Shown here: one piece after another, positions 53,254 to 64,000 of the stretch
Position numbering within the stretch: position 1 is the first letter of the stretch
Layout of the letters: each line of letters begins with the position of its first letter
Source: Vermamoeba vermiformis
Lineage: Eukaryota
Length of the DNA: 64,000 bases
Assembly (NCBI GenBank): GCA_045837725.1
Contig: JBEWZL010000246.1
Span: 124,001-188,000, forward strand
Direction: 5' to 3'
The notes under the pieces: model-generated
Told to the model about the DNA's origin: nothing
Seen by the model: the letters and a program-made list of their open reading frames with translations, nothing else
The model's database searches: none
Made by a program: the position numbers and the translations under genes

Positions 53254-54176
53254 TTGTGGTTATCTGTTTCTAATTTTAAGTAAATTAAATTCGTTTTTAT
53301 GCCTAAACCATAACTTACATTCTTTCAATTTCCGTCTTTTGAGGTCTTATTAATTTTCTTATTTTCGTTTTGGTGCGCAAAACGTCAGTCGCCTCTTTTG
53401 CTTTCGCAATTTTGATTTTTTGACGGGACAAATTGTCCGGATTGTTACATCCAAGCGTCCCATTATCACTTGGGGCTGCATACAACCTGATAATATTCGC
53501 GTTAGAAAGGATAGGATCAGTCACGGTTTTTTTGGTAGCTAAAACATTATTTGTATTTATTTGTTTTTAACGCCAAGTTTAGTATTACCGTTTTAACTAA
53601 TGGATAGCACACCATTACCACTTATAGAGTACACTCGACTTGAGCGTTCGTAACTTGGATCGCAGCGGTGCAGTATACGAGATTTTGTTTGTACAAGCAA
53701 GTGAAGAATGTTTAATAATATTACTATTTAACGCGATTCGAAAATCGAAAATGGGAATCTTATTATTAGAATTTTAGTGGTTGACAGGTAAGATATTTTG
53801 ATCAGATATTTGTTTTCACGTGAAAAATTCAAAATAATGTCGGAGAAACTACGCGCTCGAGCAAACTTATTAAAATAGATTTTTCTGGCTATGAAAATAA
53901 TAATAATAATTGTGTTAGAGCAAAATTTATACTAATCGATTAAATCATCTTCTGTAGCCAGCATTATTTTAATAACCAAGTATAATACTTACAAATGTGC
54001 CCAATTACTCTATTCTGTCTTTTATCATCGGCGACTGAATAGTTTTACGCCGCGAAAGTTCCAGAAGATCACGACCGGCAAACAAAATACCGTGCCGGCC
54101 GCGTTTTTTCCCTTATTCAGCCTCGTTATTGTAAATAGAAGCGTATTAATACCATACCGCATATTTATTAAGAATA

Positions 54177-55562
54177 ATGACAACACGGCACAGAAAAAAG
54201 AAAGAAGCAGATCCGAAGAAAGAATCTGGCGGCGACAGCTCAAGCTCGTCAAAAGAGCTTGGAAAGGGAGAATTTAGAGCAGGAATAATTCGATATACTC
54301 GAAAAGCAGGCCACGTAGCGCCTGTGAGACTCGACTTTGGATTTCAAGAAGTCCGATCGCGCGGGATTTGGCTCTCGCTCATTATAGAATTCGTTGGAAC
54401 ATTACTACAAACGTTTATATCATGTGGTACTGTAATAGCGGCACTTAACTATGGATACAACCCACCTACAGTAGCAATAGCGATAATTCATACAATTTTA
54501 ATACCAATATTTATTTATGCGACCGCTGCAGCTTCAGGTGGTCATATAAATCCTACTATATCCATGGCTACTGTAGCTACGAGATTAATGTCTCCTACAA
54601 GGTAATTACTTTCAGATCGGATCTTCGTGTCACGAAAATAAATCTTATTAATAAATTATATAAAATAGGGGAGTGTTGTATATATGCGCACAAGCGGCTG
54701 GAGCTATTGTAGGTGCTGAATTTATTAAATTATGTGTTGGTAAGTATACCAAATTTGGATGTGCCGATCTGATCGAACTTTACACAGGCCCGGAAGTAGC
54801 AGCAGCCACACAAATAGGAAGATGTACAATAGGCGATAAAATGAATCCTTGGGGCGCATATGGATTCGAAACAATTAGCACTTGGTTCATGTTATTCATC
54901 GCTTTCGGAACCGCACTGGATCCGCGTCAACGAGAAGTTTATGGCCCAGTATTACCTCCTTTTATGATATCTGTGTGCATTGGTACGTATTTCGACTATA
55001 TTTAGGTTACACGTCCATTACATCGGGAAATTTACGTGACACCCAAATTTGACACTTTGACACGTGTCACGTAATTTTTTCACGGCCAATTTTTTTGCAC
55101 AAATCAACGAGAAAATATCTTTGGCAATACAACCCCTTTTACGCAAACGATATGTGAAGTTTAGATTAATCACTTCAAAAATTATCGTACTGACCAACCC
55201 CTGCAGGCATGGTCATTTTTATCGGCGGTGGAATTATACCAGGCTACAGTGGACCAATCATGAACCCAGCACGATGTTTCGGTCCTGCAGTCGTAATGGA
55301 CAATTTTGAAGGGCAATTAGTGTACTGGTTCGGACCTCTCTCCGCGAGTATTTTGACAGCAGTTGTTTATTGGGCCGTGCCTCCGCAACACGTGGCAATT
55401 TGTCAGCAAAAGAAAGAAGAAAAAGAAAAACAACGACAGCTGCACCATCACCAGCACCAACATAACGGTCATAATCATCACGATGCTGACGGAAATACTG
55501 AGGGTAATACTGTCACTATTGATATGGAATTAATTAATGCCGAAAAGGAAACTACTGTGTAA
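54177..55562 (+). CDS. Aquaporin/MIP, X-intrinsic protein (XIP)-like
   Basis: SGGHINPT (variant first NPA) and MNPARCFGPA, the XIP-type NPARC motif; EFVGT; YWFGP; His-rich tail. Confidence 0.9.
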
Positions 55563-55699
55563 TATAATGTTAAAAATTTTAACTCCGAACTTCTCTTGAT
55601 TCACCAAATTTCAGAAAGCATCCAATCAAGTTCGACTAACTTAGTTAAAAATGGTTAAGTGTTCTTCGCAACAAATTGCTAGTAAACTTTCGCACTTTT

Positions 55700-57187
55700 T
55701 TATATCATGATAGTTAATACCCCAAATAGTATCGTCATCAAAATATTGACGCAGGTGATTGAAGATCCAGATACGGCTGTACCCAGAACAGCTTCGGTCT
55801 TGCAACCATAAGCATCAGTAGCAGTCAATGTCTGGGTCTTTGAGTCGTAGTTGAACGTGAACGGTTCGTTGGATCCGACAATTGTTTGAGAATCGGAGTT
55901 GAACGAGGCATCATCTGTAATTATGAAAATTAAGAATAGCCTTAATAATATGATATAATAGAGTAACTTACTAACAACGACATCAAAGCTCGTTCGTTTG
56001 ACAACACAGTTGTTCATCCATGTTTCGAGTGTGAAGGTGCCTGATTCGCTCATTGTGAATGACGAGCCAATCATGCATGTGCGGCTGTTCTCGGTTCACA
56101 AGTGTCAGTCAGTGTCGATCAAACTGACAAGTGCACCAAGTCCCCAACACTGTACTTGCAAACGCTTCAGCAGGTTGCGAGTCAATCCATTGGGCTGTTG
56201 ACACTGCCTGATCGACATCAAAGTTCAAACTGATAAAGTACGCGAATGCTACTGTCTGACCTGCGCAATAAACGGTGATTGGCAATAATATCACATGCCT
56301 GCTTTGAGACTGAACGTCTCTGCCGATGTACTCAGCGTGAAACAGTCTAGATTATTCGCCGCTGTCACTGCGATTCGACCGTACTAGGCATTCGAAGGTA
56401 AGTCATTTGATCCAGATCCGTACTAGAATAACAACGACAGCGTTAAATTCGTCTCAAAATGTCTTATTAAATAGCAAGAAAGTACGTACTAGATTTGATA
56501 ACGATCAGCGACACTTTGTGGGTGCACAAACACTTGTACTGCCCATAGACTGGAGGTCCAATAATTGATCACAACGTCGCTCTCTGCTTTAATAAACTGC
56601 ACCACACGAGCCCAATTCGCTGAAGGGCCTTCATAGAGATAATTACGTTAGATGACCAAGAGTCACGAAAGACAGTAATAGAACTTACTGCTTGGCACGT
56701 AAAGTTGTTGCCAAAAGGTAACGTTGTATTGAGCCAAATTGAAGGTATTCCAATGCCCATGTTCTTGAGGCAAGATAGGTCCTGGGCCGTCTACCAACGT
56801 CTCATTGTCTTTTCCGCAAGTGCGTCTCAATTTTCCGTAGTTGTTGCTGAAGTACTCTCCGTTGACTAAGGGTGCCAAGTAATAAGCAAATGCTTGTTGG
56901 TCTGCACTGATAGGCCCGATCTCCAGTTCAGTACTATCAGGCGCCCAATGCCATTGAAATCCGCTGAAATTAAAAGAAATCGTCTGGATCTGATTGTCGC
57001 TGTCAACGATAGATCTGTTATAATATCCAAACGACTGGCCGTTTAAGTATATTGGCTCGGAATATGCATCTGCTCCATTAGTGGGCACTCCATCGAACAG
57101 ATCGACACACGGAACTGCCGTTTGCGCAAAGCAGCTGTTGCCGAACAAAAATAACACCACAACACTGATCAAATACAGTTTGTCCAT
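55700..57187 (-). CDS. Secreted/GPI-anchored uncharacterised protein (multi-exon; some junctions uncertain)
   Basis: Signal peptide MDKLYLISVVVLFLFG. Exons can be joined through 56640-56490, 56423-56385, 56346-56299 (GC-AG donor) and 56074-55700; hydrophobic C-terminus. Confidence 0.55.
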
Positions 57188-57382
57188 TCGTTGGTATTGT
57201 GTTGTGCAATAAGATGAGATAGCTGGTCGATAATTTGGTTTTTTTTAGCGTTCACAAACGAACGGGACAGTCCTGTCTCACTGAAATTCCGGTAGTCTTT
57301 ACCGGTCGCTAATGTTACTACGTACAGTCGACACGGGGCTTGAATAAAAATCATTCTAAGATGAGCAGCGCAAAGAGTGTAT

Positions 57383-59006
57383 TTATGCTAACAGAGCAGC
57401 AATGAAGATCCATACGACGGATCCGAGTAAACGAGAGACATTTGAAGTGGCACTCTTTGGGGCCTTAGTAGTAGAGACCGGCGGTAACGCACAAGTGAAT
57501 CCGTCTCCTTGATAGCCTTGTTTGCATTGACATGAATAACCGAACAGTTCATCGATGCAATCAGCATTTGCGTCGCACTTCTGAGCTGTTGTTGCGCACT
57601 GGTTCTGAGGAATGAACCAGATGTCTTTTAAAAGAGGAATAAATCTATCGTCAAAAGATCCACCGTGAATGTAAACATCGCCGTCAAAGTTCAATCCTGA
57701 TTGCGATGCGAATCCACCAACCGCAGGACGAGTAGATCCAGCTTCGCGACGAGTGACATACACTCCTGGAGTATAGGACTCGGAGATGTTGCCGTAAAGC
57801 AGCTTGAATTGGTTAAGAGTGACGTTGTACAGCCAGATCGTTTGCATGCCATAGTTGTAGCCGAATCCAGTGATGAGCATGAATGTGCCGTCTCTGCGGT
57901 TGATGAAATTTCCCATACTTACAGAAGGTATGTTGTCGGGGTCAAAGTCATTCGCACTAGCAACATTTGGCGGGACTACGCTGAAATTACCAAATTTGTG
58001 TTTCCACGTGTCAGAGCGAGTGTCGTACATCCAAAGATCACCCAAATTGCCCTCGCCTCCGTAGCACCATACTTTGTCATCTTCGTCAATATCGCAGTTG
58101 GCATCGTAAAATCCAGCGAAGTACGTAGCGTTGCTCGAAGCATCTCCAGAAGGTATTTTATCGCCCGAGACGAATCTCCACAGCTTTGAAGTGGTGTTGA
58201 AGTGCCACACATTGTTGGCGACGACGTTGTTTGTCATGCCGCAGATGAGCCATAAATTGTTGTGCGAGTCAGTCTGCAAGTTGCCTCCGCGGTTTCCAGG
58301 CCACACGTCAGCAGCAGCTTGTCCGGGGTTGGCGCCAAAGCTCGCACTTTGACTTTCATTGCTTGAGCCTTGAATGCGAACCCAATTCCATGAAGAAGTG
58401 TTGAACATCCACAGCTCGCTAAACTTGTTTAATGTCCAAATGTTATCGTTCGAGTCGATAGATGTGCCTGCATATGCCAATTCTCCGGGACAATTCAGCT
58501 CGGACTCAACTCCGATTTCGCCAGGGTTGTAGTTGTCGTCGCTACTGGTGTTTGCCGGCTTCCAAACCCAACGGTACTTGTCCGCGGTTGGATTGTAATT
58601 CCAAACGCCAAAACTGACATAAGGAGTGCCCTGGTCATCATAATTAAAGTTTCCGCCGACAATCCACAAAGTTTTGTTCGAGTCCATCAATACTGCTGCC
58701 CAAGCTCTGGTACCAACGGCAACATCGCTTGTGAACCACACACCTCTATCAGCAGCAGAGAAAGGTTCATAAACGGCTCCGTCGCTTGCTAAACAAATAA
58801 AATTGAATTTAGCGGTTGGGATGAATGTTTAGTAATTCAGAATCTTTTGATATATATTTAATTATTTTTAATGCTGTCTATTACGAATATTACAAGATAT
58901 ACTTACTGTAGTTTGCGGGAGCAAGCCAAATCTGCTCAAACGAATCAGCCGAAGCGATACCAATCGCCAAGCATGAACAAAGTACAATACGCAATATATT
59001 TACCAT
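57383..59006 (-). CDS. Kelch/galactose-oxidase-type beta-propeller + EGF domain surface protein
   Basis: Signal-peptide exon (ATG 59006); repeated D.nn.lWl.GG...lW.fnt motifs; EGF CDANADCIDELFGYSCQCKQGYQGDGFTC; hydrophobic tail. Confidence 0.85.
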
Positions 59007-59420
59007 GTTGATTGTGGTAATGTATCTCAAATCTCAATGGGAGAATGAATTTTTTGTTTCTACTGTCAATAGCATGTCAACGAAAGCTTTTTCAGCCAAT
59101 CCCAATCCCAATCTTCATTTCGGAGATTTCATTAGATCGATCGATCAAAGAAAGCAATTATCTGAGGTTATTGTGGTTATACCTCTTACTGCTTGTTCTG
59201 CGACTGCACGGATTCGCGTAGTGTTGGAGGCTGAAGGAAAAGTAACAATTACTTAACCGAAGATAGCAATCGTAAATAAATATATATAATAATAACATCG
59301 ATGGATGTATTCTACTACTACTAAAACAATAATTTATTTTGGCAAATTAAACACAAGCGGTGCGTTGATTTGACGATCGCTTTGACTCAAACTGGAATTG
59401 CGATACCTCTGTAGGGTTTC

Positions 59421-60877
59421 TTATTTCTTCCAAGTGAGACCAGTAGTGTGGTATTGCTTAATATAAGGAGCAAGCTAATAAAAATTATCGAGATCAGAAC
59501 GAGGGTACGAAAATCCAATAATTAATACAGTGGCTACTTACAGATTTCAAGAAAGCGTTGAAAGAAGTAGCCCATTGAACTTGAACTTCGTCCCTATAAT
59601 AATTACGCGTTAGTATTCAGGTCGTTACAAAACTGAAAATTTTAGCCGCCGCTACACGAAGCATAGGAACGCTTAAATTGTAAACTAAAGAGATTAATAT
59701 GCCTGACCATATATCTCCTTTGCATATAGTACGATACTTACTTTCCCTTTTGATCACGAATAACTCTGTTGGAGTAGAACTCGGCAGATCCTCTGTTCTC
59801 TTCGACGAAAGGAACAGGAGCGGGTTCCTAGTAATATACTCGTTAATGCTCTAGTTCCGAGGCATATCCATATCTCTATTATAGCAATAATAGAGCTTCG
59901 ATTCAAAAAACAAAACGAGTTGTCAAGATCCGAAAACAGAACTTCAATCGCAATTACAATTTGAATATTTTAGACCCTCGATATTAATCAATGCCGTTTG
60001 TATGTATATAATACTTACGACGAAGACCCAAGAGAAGACGGCGCCGTTGGCCTCAGCAACAGCTTGCAACAATTGACCGTGCTTGTGGGCGCGACCAGCC
60101 TTCTCGTGCACAGCGGTGATTTGACTGCACAAATCAATCACGTCCTTGAAGAAGGCTTGGAGATCGTTCTGATTGGCTGGTTTCTTGTTCTCCGAGGCAC
60201 GACCGATCGCGGCTTGGAGGGCATTGAGAGCCTTCTCGAACAAAGCGGCCTAAATAAATAAAAGTGTCAGACGTTGTCATACAATATTCTAGTACTAATG
60301 TATTAGCTGTATAGGTATGAGCAATGTAATAATTAATTCGTTAGCACGAGCAGCAAATAAAGTCGTAAAGTATGCACGATGACTACAAGCAAATAAAAAC
60401 GACAATTTTAATATGTAAATTACGTATATTTATAATTGTGAAATTTGAATTGAACGAAGGAAAGTAGAAACCAAAAATAAATCTGATGAGAAAAATATCT
60501 TTTGATTACAACTGCTGACACCGCAATAAAATCAAAAATAATTTTATATCGTATATTTTTAGAATAACTACGAATTTTCTTTCATAAATATCAAGTAGAA
60601 ACGAACTTGAATTAAATATTAAAAATCAACAAATCTGATATTTTCTTACTTGTTGAGCAACTTCTCCGCCAATCTTGTTTGCAGCTTCGAGGAACTTAGG
60701 AAGGTGATCAGCAACAAGATTTCCAAACTCCTTGGAGGCAGCTGAAGAGCCACCAGAAGATGAAGATGAGGCAGCAGAGCCAGAGCTGCCCTTAAGCTTG
60801 CCCTCAATACGAGTGACTTGTTGCTCGACCTTAGCGAGCAATTCTTCGAGTTTCTTGACTTGAGCGTCGGCTGACAT
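59421..60877 (-). CDS. CAP: Cyclase-associated protein (CAP/Srv2), N-terminal half only (oligomerisation helix + helical folded domain)
   Basis: KIGGEVAQQA, KKP, FSWVFVEPAPVPFVEE..SAEFYSNRV, QWA and LAPYIKQYHTTGLTW, followed immediately by KK-TAA at 59421-59423. Confidence 0.85.
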
Positions 60878-62158
60878 TGTGTTTTGTTGGCGAGAGTTGG
60901 TTAAAATGTTCTTTTGTCGCCCTGGCGCACGAAAAACACGTTTTTCCGTACATGGAAGGAGGGAGAAAAACATATTTTTTTCTCCCAAGGGAGAAAAAAC
61001 TTTTATCAATTTTATTCGCATTATAATGTTAGGAGTCACGTGTCGGAGTCACGTGTTGACGGTTCACTGAACATAGTGAATCGGTCTAAAACTCCTTGGA
61101 TCTCGCTTTCTCCTCCATGTACCTGGGCGACAAACTATTCTACGCTCCTCGGGAGAAGGCTTTTCGGTCTCGGGTTGATTGTTTCCCTCGCCAGGGCTCG
61201 GGAATGCAATACAAGCCCTCGACGGAAAAACGCCACTTTTCTCCCTTGGTGCGTAAATAACTATTTCCCGCTTGTCTGACCAACCCACCACAACCACAAG
61301 CCCGATGTAATTTTGCTTACTTGTAGCACTGTGATGCTGTTAAGCTTGCGAAGTGTTTGTATGGCCCTTAAGAAGTAGATTTGGCTACAAAATCTAATTT
61401 TTCAAAGAATGACCAAAACGATATTAGACCACTAAATTTATATGTCTTAGCGAGCGTTAAGTAATCTAGCCTTTAATCGGGTAAAAAACGAATTTGCCTA
61501 TCAAAAGTTGAATTTTTGAGCGTCAAATTTCTTGCAAGTAAAAAACCGTTGGGAGTGGCTTGTTACGTTCATGTTCACTTGAGCAAGTCATAAGACTTTG
61601 CATATAGACCTATATAACCTATTTATTAACGTTAGGTAAGTTGGCAACAATTTGCACGTATCTTTTGGCGGTTAATCTATTAATTCACTTTGCGTTACGG
61701 TATCGAGCTGAATTTCAATAACGAATTGGCTGCTACTAATGTACTATCTCGTGGTATATCAATTTATTGTTAGCGTATTGCACCATTGATTCGATCGGGC
61801 TGTTGTGACGTCAAGCCGATCTTTTTGTGCTGAAAATTAAATTTAAATGAAGAACGGCACATAATTTCGCTTATATAAATACCCGAGATAGTACTTTAGT
61901 GCTTCTTAATTATTTATGAACGAGCTTCGCGGTTGAAAAACTGATTTGCTATTTCACACCCGAAACCCTAAAGCACGTTATTTTAAATTAATTAATTATT
62001 TGTAACATAAAAGCTCGATAAAATTTCTAATCCACCTATTAAATTCTTGCATTAAAATAATAATACTGTCGATTTTTTCTGGATTCGGCGCTAAACTCCA
62101 TTTTATTTAGATCCCTCACTAGAGCCCTAAACAACGAACAGCCCTACATATAGTAACC

Positions 62159-63569
62159 ATGGCTGAGCAACAAAAGCACGTATTAGAAGCCGTGGCAGTC
62201 AATCCCAATGACGGCCAGATCACGGGTGAAGTCCCTGCGGCTATCGTGACCACTTATATTACACGAATTGAGCCCTTCGTAATTTGGATGGAACGAAGAG
62301 GTCTTCGTGCTAGCAACTTTATTATGGAGTTCCTTGGTGTATTTTTCTTAGTGTTTACTGTCGGATGCAACGTTGCCGTTGGTTCTGGCTTGGCTCCTCT
62401 TTCTATTGGTGTTATTCTTTGCTCTGTAATTTATTCTGGTGGTACGTATAATATTTGAAGCCTATTCTTAATTTTCAATACAGATCCAACGATATTATTT
62501 AAATTTCATTTAATTTTATTGTTTTCACAAGCCATTTATTATCAAAAACAGCTATTGATACTGTCATTATTTAACATGACTTATTTGCTGCCACAATAAC
62601 TTCTAATTAAAATTGATACTCCCGCGTGTTCTAGGCGGCACCGTTCAAATAATTTAACCAGCAATACTTGCAATGCTATATTAACAATTCACTTAAATAG
62701 GTTACGTGTCTGGTGCTCACTTCAATCCTGCTGTTTCATTGGCTGTTTACTTGCGAGGTCGTAAAATGTCTTTGTACAACACTCTCTTCTACATGGGTGC
62801 TCAATTATTGGCCGGTGTTGTTGCTGCTTGGGTAAGTCATGCTCATTAGAATCTATATTAACGCGAAGTATCGTTATTAACTTTTCTTTTCGGTAGATCT
62901 GCTACGGTATGTTCGGTATTGCCTGGGCCCTTCCTGGACCTACTCTTCCTCCTTTCTGGGGTCCCTGGAGAGTAAGTAACAACTTGATATTAAATACATC
63001 TCCAAACCGTTCGCTATAACGTTATTCGAATTTTCAATTTCGCGTTCAGTACATCCGTAACTAACGACCATTTATTTGTTCAATAGGCTTTGGTTGCTGA
63101 ATTCTTCTTCACCGCTGCTTTGTCTCACGCTGTCTTGCACACTGGTACTCGTCAAGACAACAACAACTTCTACGGTCTTGCCATCGGTTTCGTCGTCTTG
63201 GCTGGTGCCTCTGCCATCGGCCCCATCTCCGGTGGTACGTAACTATATGCTTAATACGTAAATACAACACGGAAATCTAATTCAATCGTTATTCAGGTGG
63301 TATGAACCCCGCTGTTGTCACTGGTTTTGCCCTCGTTGAGGCTCTTGCTGGTAACTCGTAAGTATCGATTGCAAGAGTTCTTAGTGTTCAAGTACAAGGG
63401 TACTAATATATTAAATAGTTACGAGCCTAATGCCAAATGGTTCTGGCTCTACTGGATCGCCGAAATGTTGGGCGGTGCCTTCGCTGCTGGTCTCTACCGT
63501 GCCATTCACTTCAGAGAGGACTTGGCTCGCTCTTACGCCAACCTCCCTGGCTCTGGCTCCAATGTCTAA
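62159..63569 (+). CDS. Aquaporin/MIP family channel (second NPA followed by Val rather than Arg)
   Basis: EFLGVFFLV, GGYVSGAHFNPAVS, AEFFFT, YGLAIG, GPISGGGMNPAV, WLYWIA; 6 exons. Confidence 0.92.
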
Positions 63570-63877
63570 GCTGTAGCCGAAAATTATTTAAAAACCAAGT
63601 TGCTGTGGATGTGCAACAGACAAAAACATCAGATCTGCAGCATCTTGGCGAACTGTTATTTATATTAAATGTTGTTAAGTTATTATGATAGTTTTGTTCA
63701 ATAAACTTCGTTTTTGCGAAGCTGCCTGCATTTCTGCATCCAGACAAGAATTCCCGCCTAATAAACTCGATCCAATCAAATTGCAATTAAAATAGTTGCA
63801 AAACAAGAACACTAGTTTAGATAGAGGAGGTTTTTTATATTTATTAATATTTTTTCGTCATTAGAACTAACACGCGT

Positions 63878-64000
63878 TTATTGTTGGTTGGTGCTCTGCT
63901 CGACGGTGTGGGGTTGTTCGTTATCTTCTTTGGGCTTGTGCACTTTAACAACATCAGGAAGAGGGTGCTTGGGACCGCGCTTGCCTTGAGGATCGGAAGG
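63878..64000 (-). CDS. RPS3: 40S ribosomal protein S3 (uS3), C-terminal end (partial)
   Basis: PSDPQGKRGPKHPLPDVVKVHKPKE matches the eukaryotic RPS3 C-terminal DPxGKxGPKxPLPDxVxIxEPK; stop at 63878-63880. Confidence 0.85.
   Translation of the reverse strand, partial: PSDPQGKRGPKHPLPDVVKVHKPKEDNEQPHTVEQSTNQQ

Noticed and set aside
60879-61297. Overlapping short ORFs upstream of CAP
   Set aside because: This is the divergent intergenic/promoter region, with no coding signature or consistent splice structure.

Overview
Gene-dense, intron-rich eukaryotic nuclear DNA. It is AT-rich, with short GT-AG introns (mostly ~45-100 nt), GTAAGT/GTACGT donors and CTAAC/CTAAT branch points. Asn-rich tracts and gene content suggest an amoebozoan-like protist, which is inference only. 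About 30 protein genes were reconstructed by hand. Recognisable ones include RIO2, MARCH6/Doa10, RPS3 (partial), a 6PGD-like enzyme, GST, GH43, a metallophosphoesterase, two aquaporins, a Rieske oxygenase and an ABA4/DUF4281 protein. No rRNA, tRNA, CRISPR array or intact transposon was recognised. The standout feature is an ankyrin/double-U-box gene (5284-7125, minus) that the ORF track shows only as fragments. Its ankyrin beta-hairpin loops are built from seven single-codon (3-nt) exons plus one 9-nt exon, all flanked by phase-0 introns, and four of the one-codon exons are consecutive (A|K|G|R). Other notable items: duplicated DUF3990/ADP-ribosyltransferase-like genes; a 6PGD lacking its phosphate-binding residues; a HEPN-TPR-Sel1-MYND protein; an N-terminal-only CAP; a 55-aa stand-alone RING-like protein; and an internally deleted F-box-SNF2 gene. 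All family assignments come from recalled motifs, not database searches.
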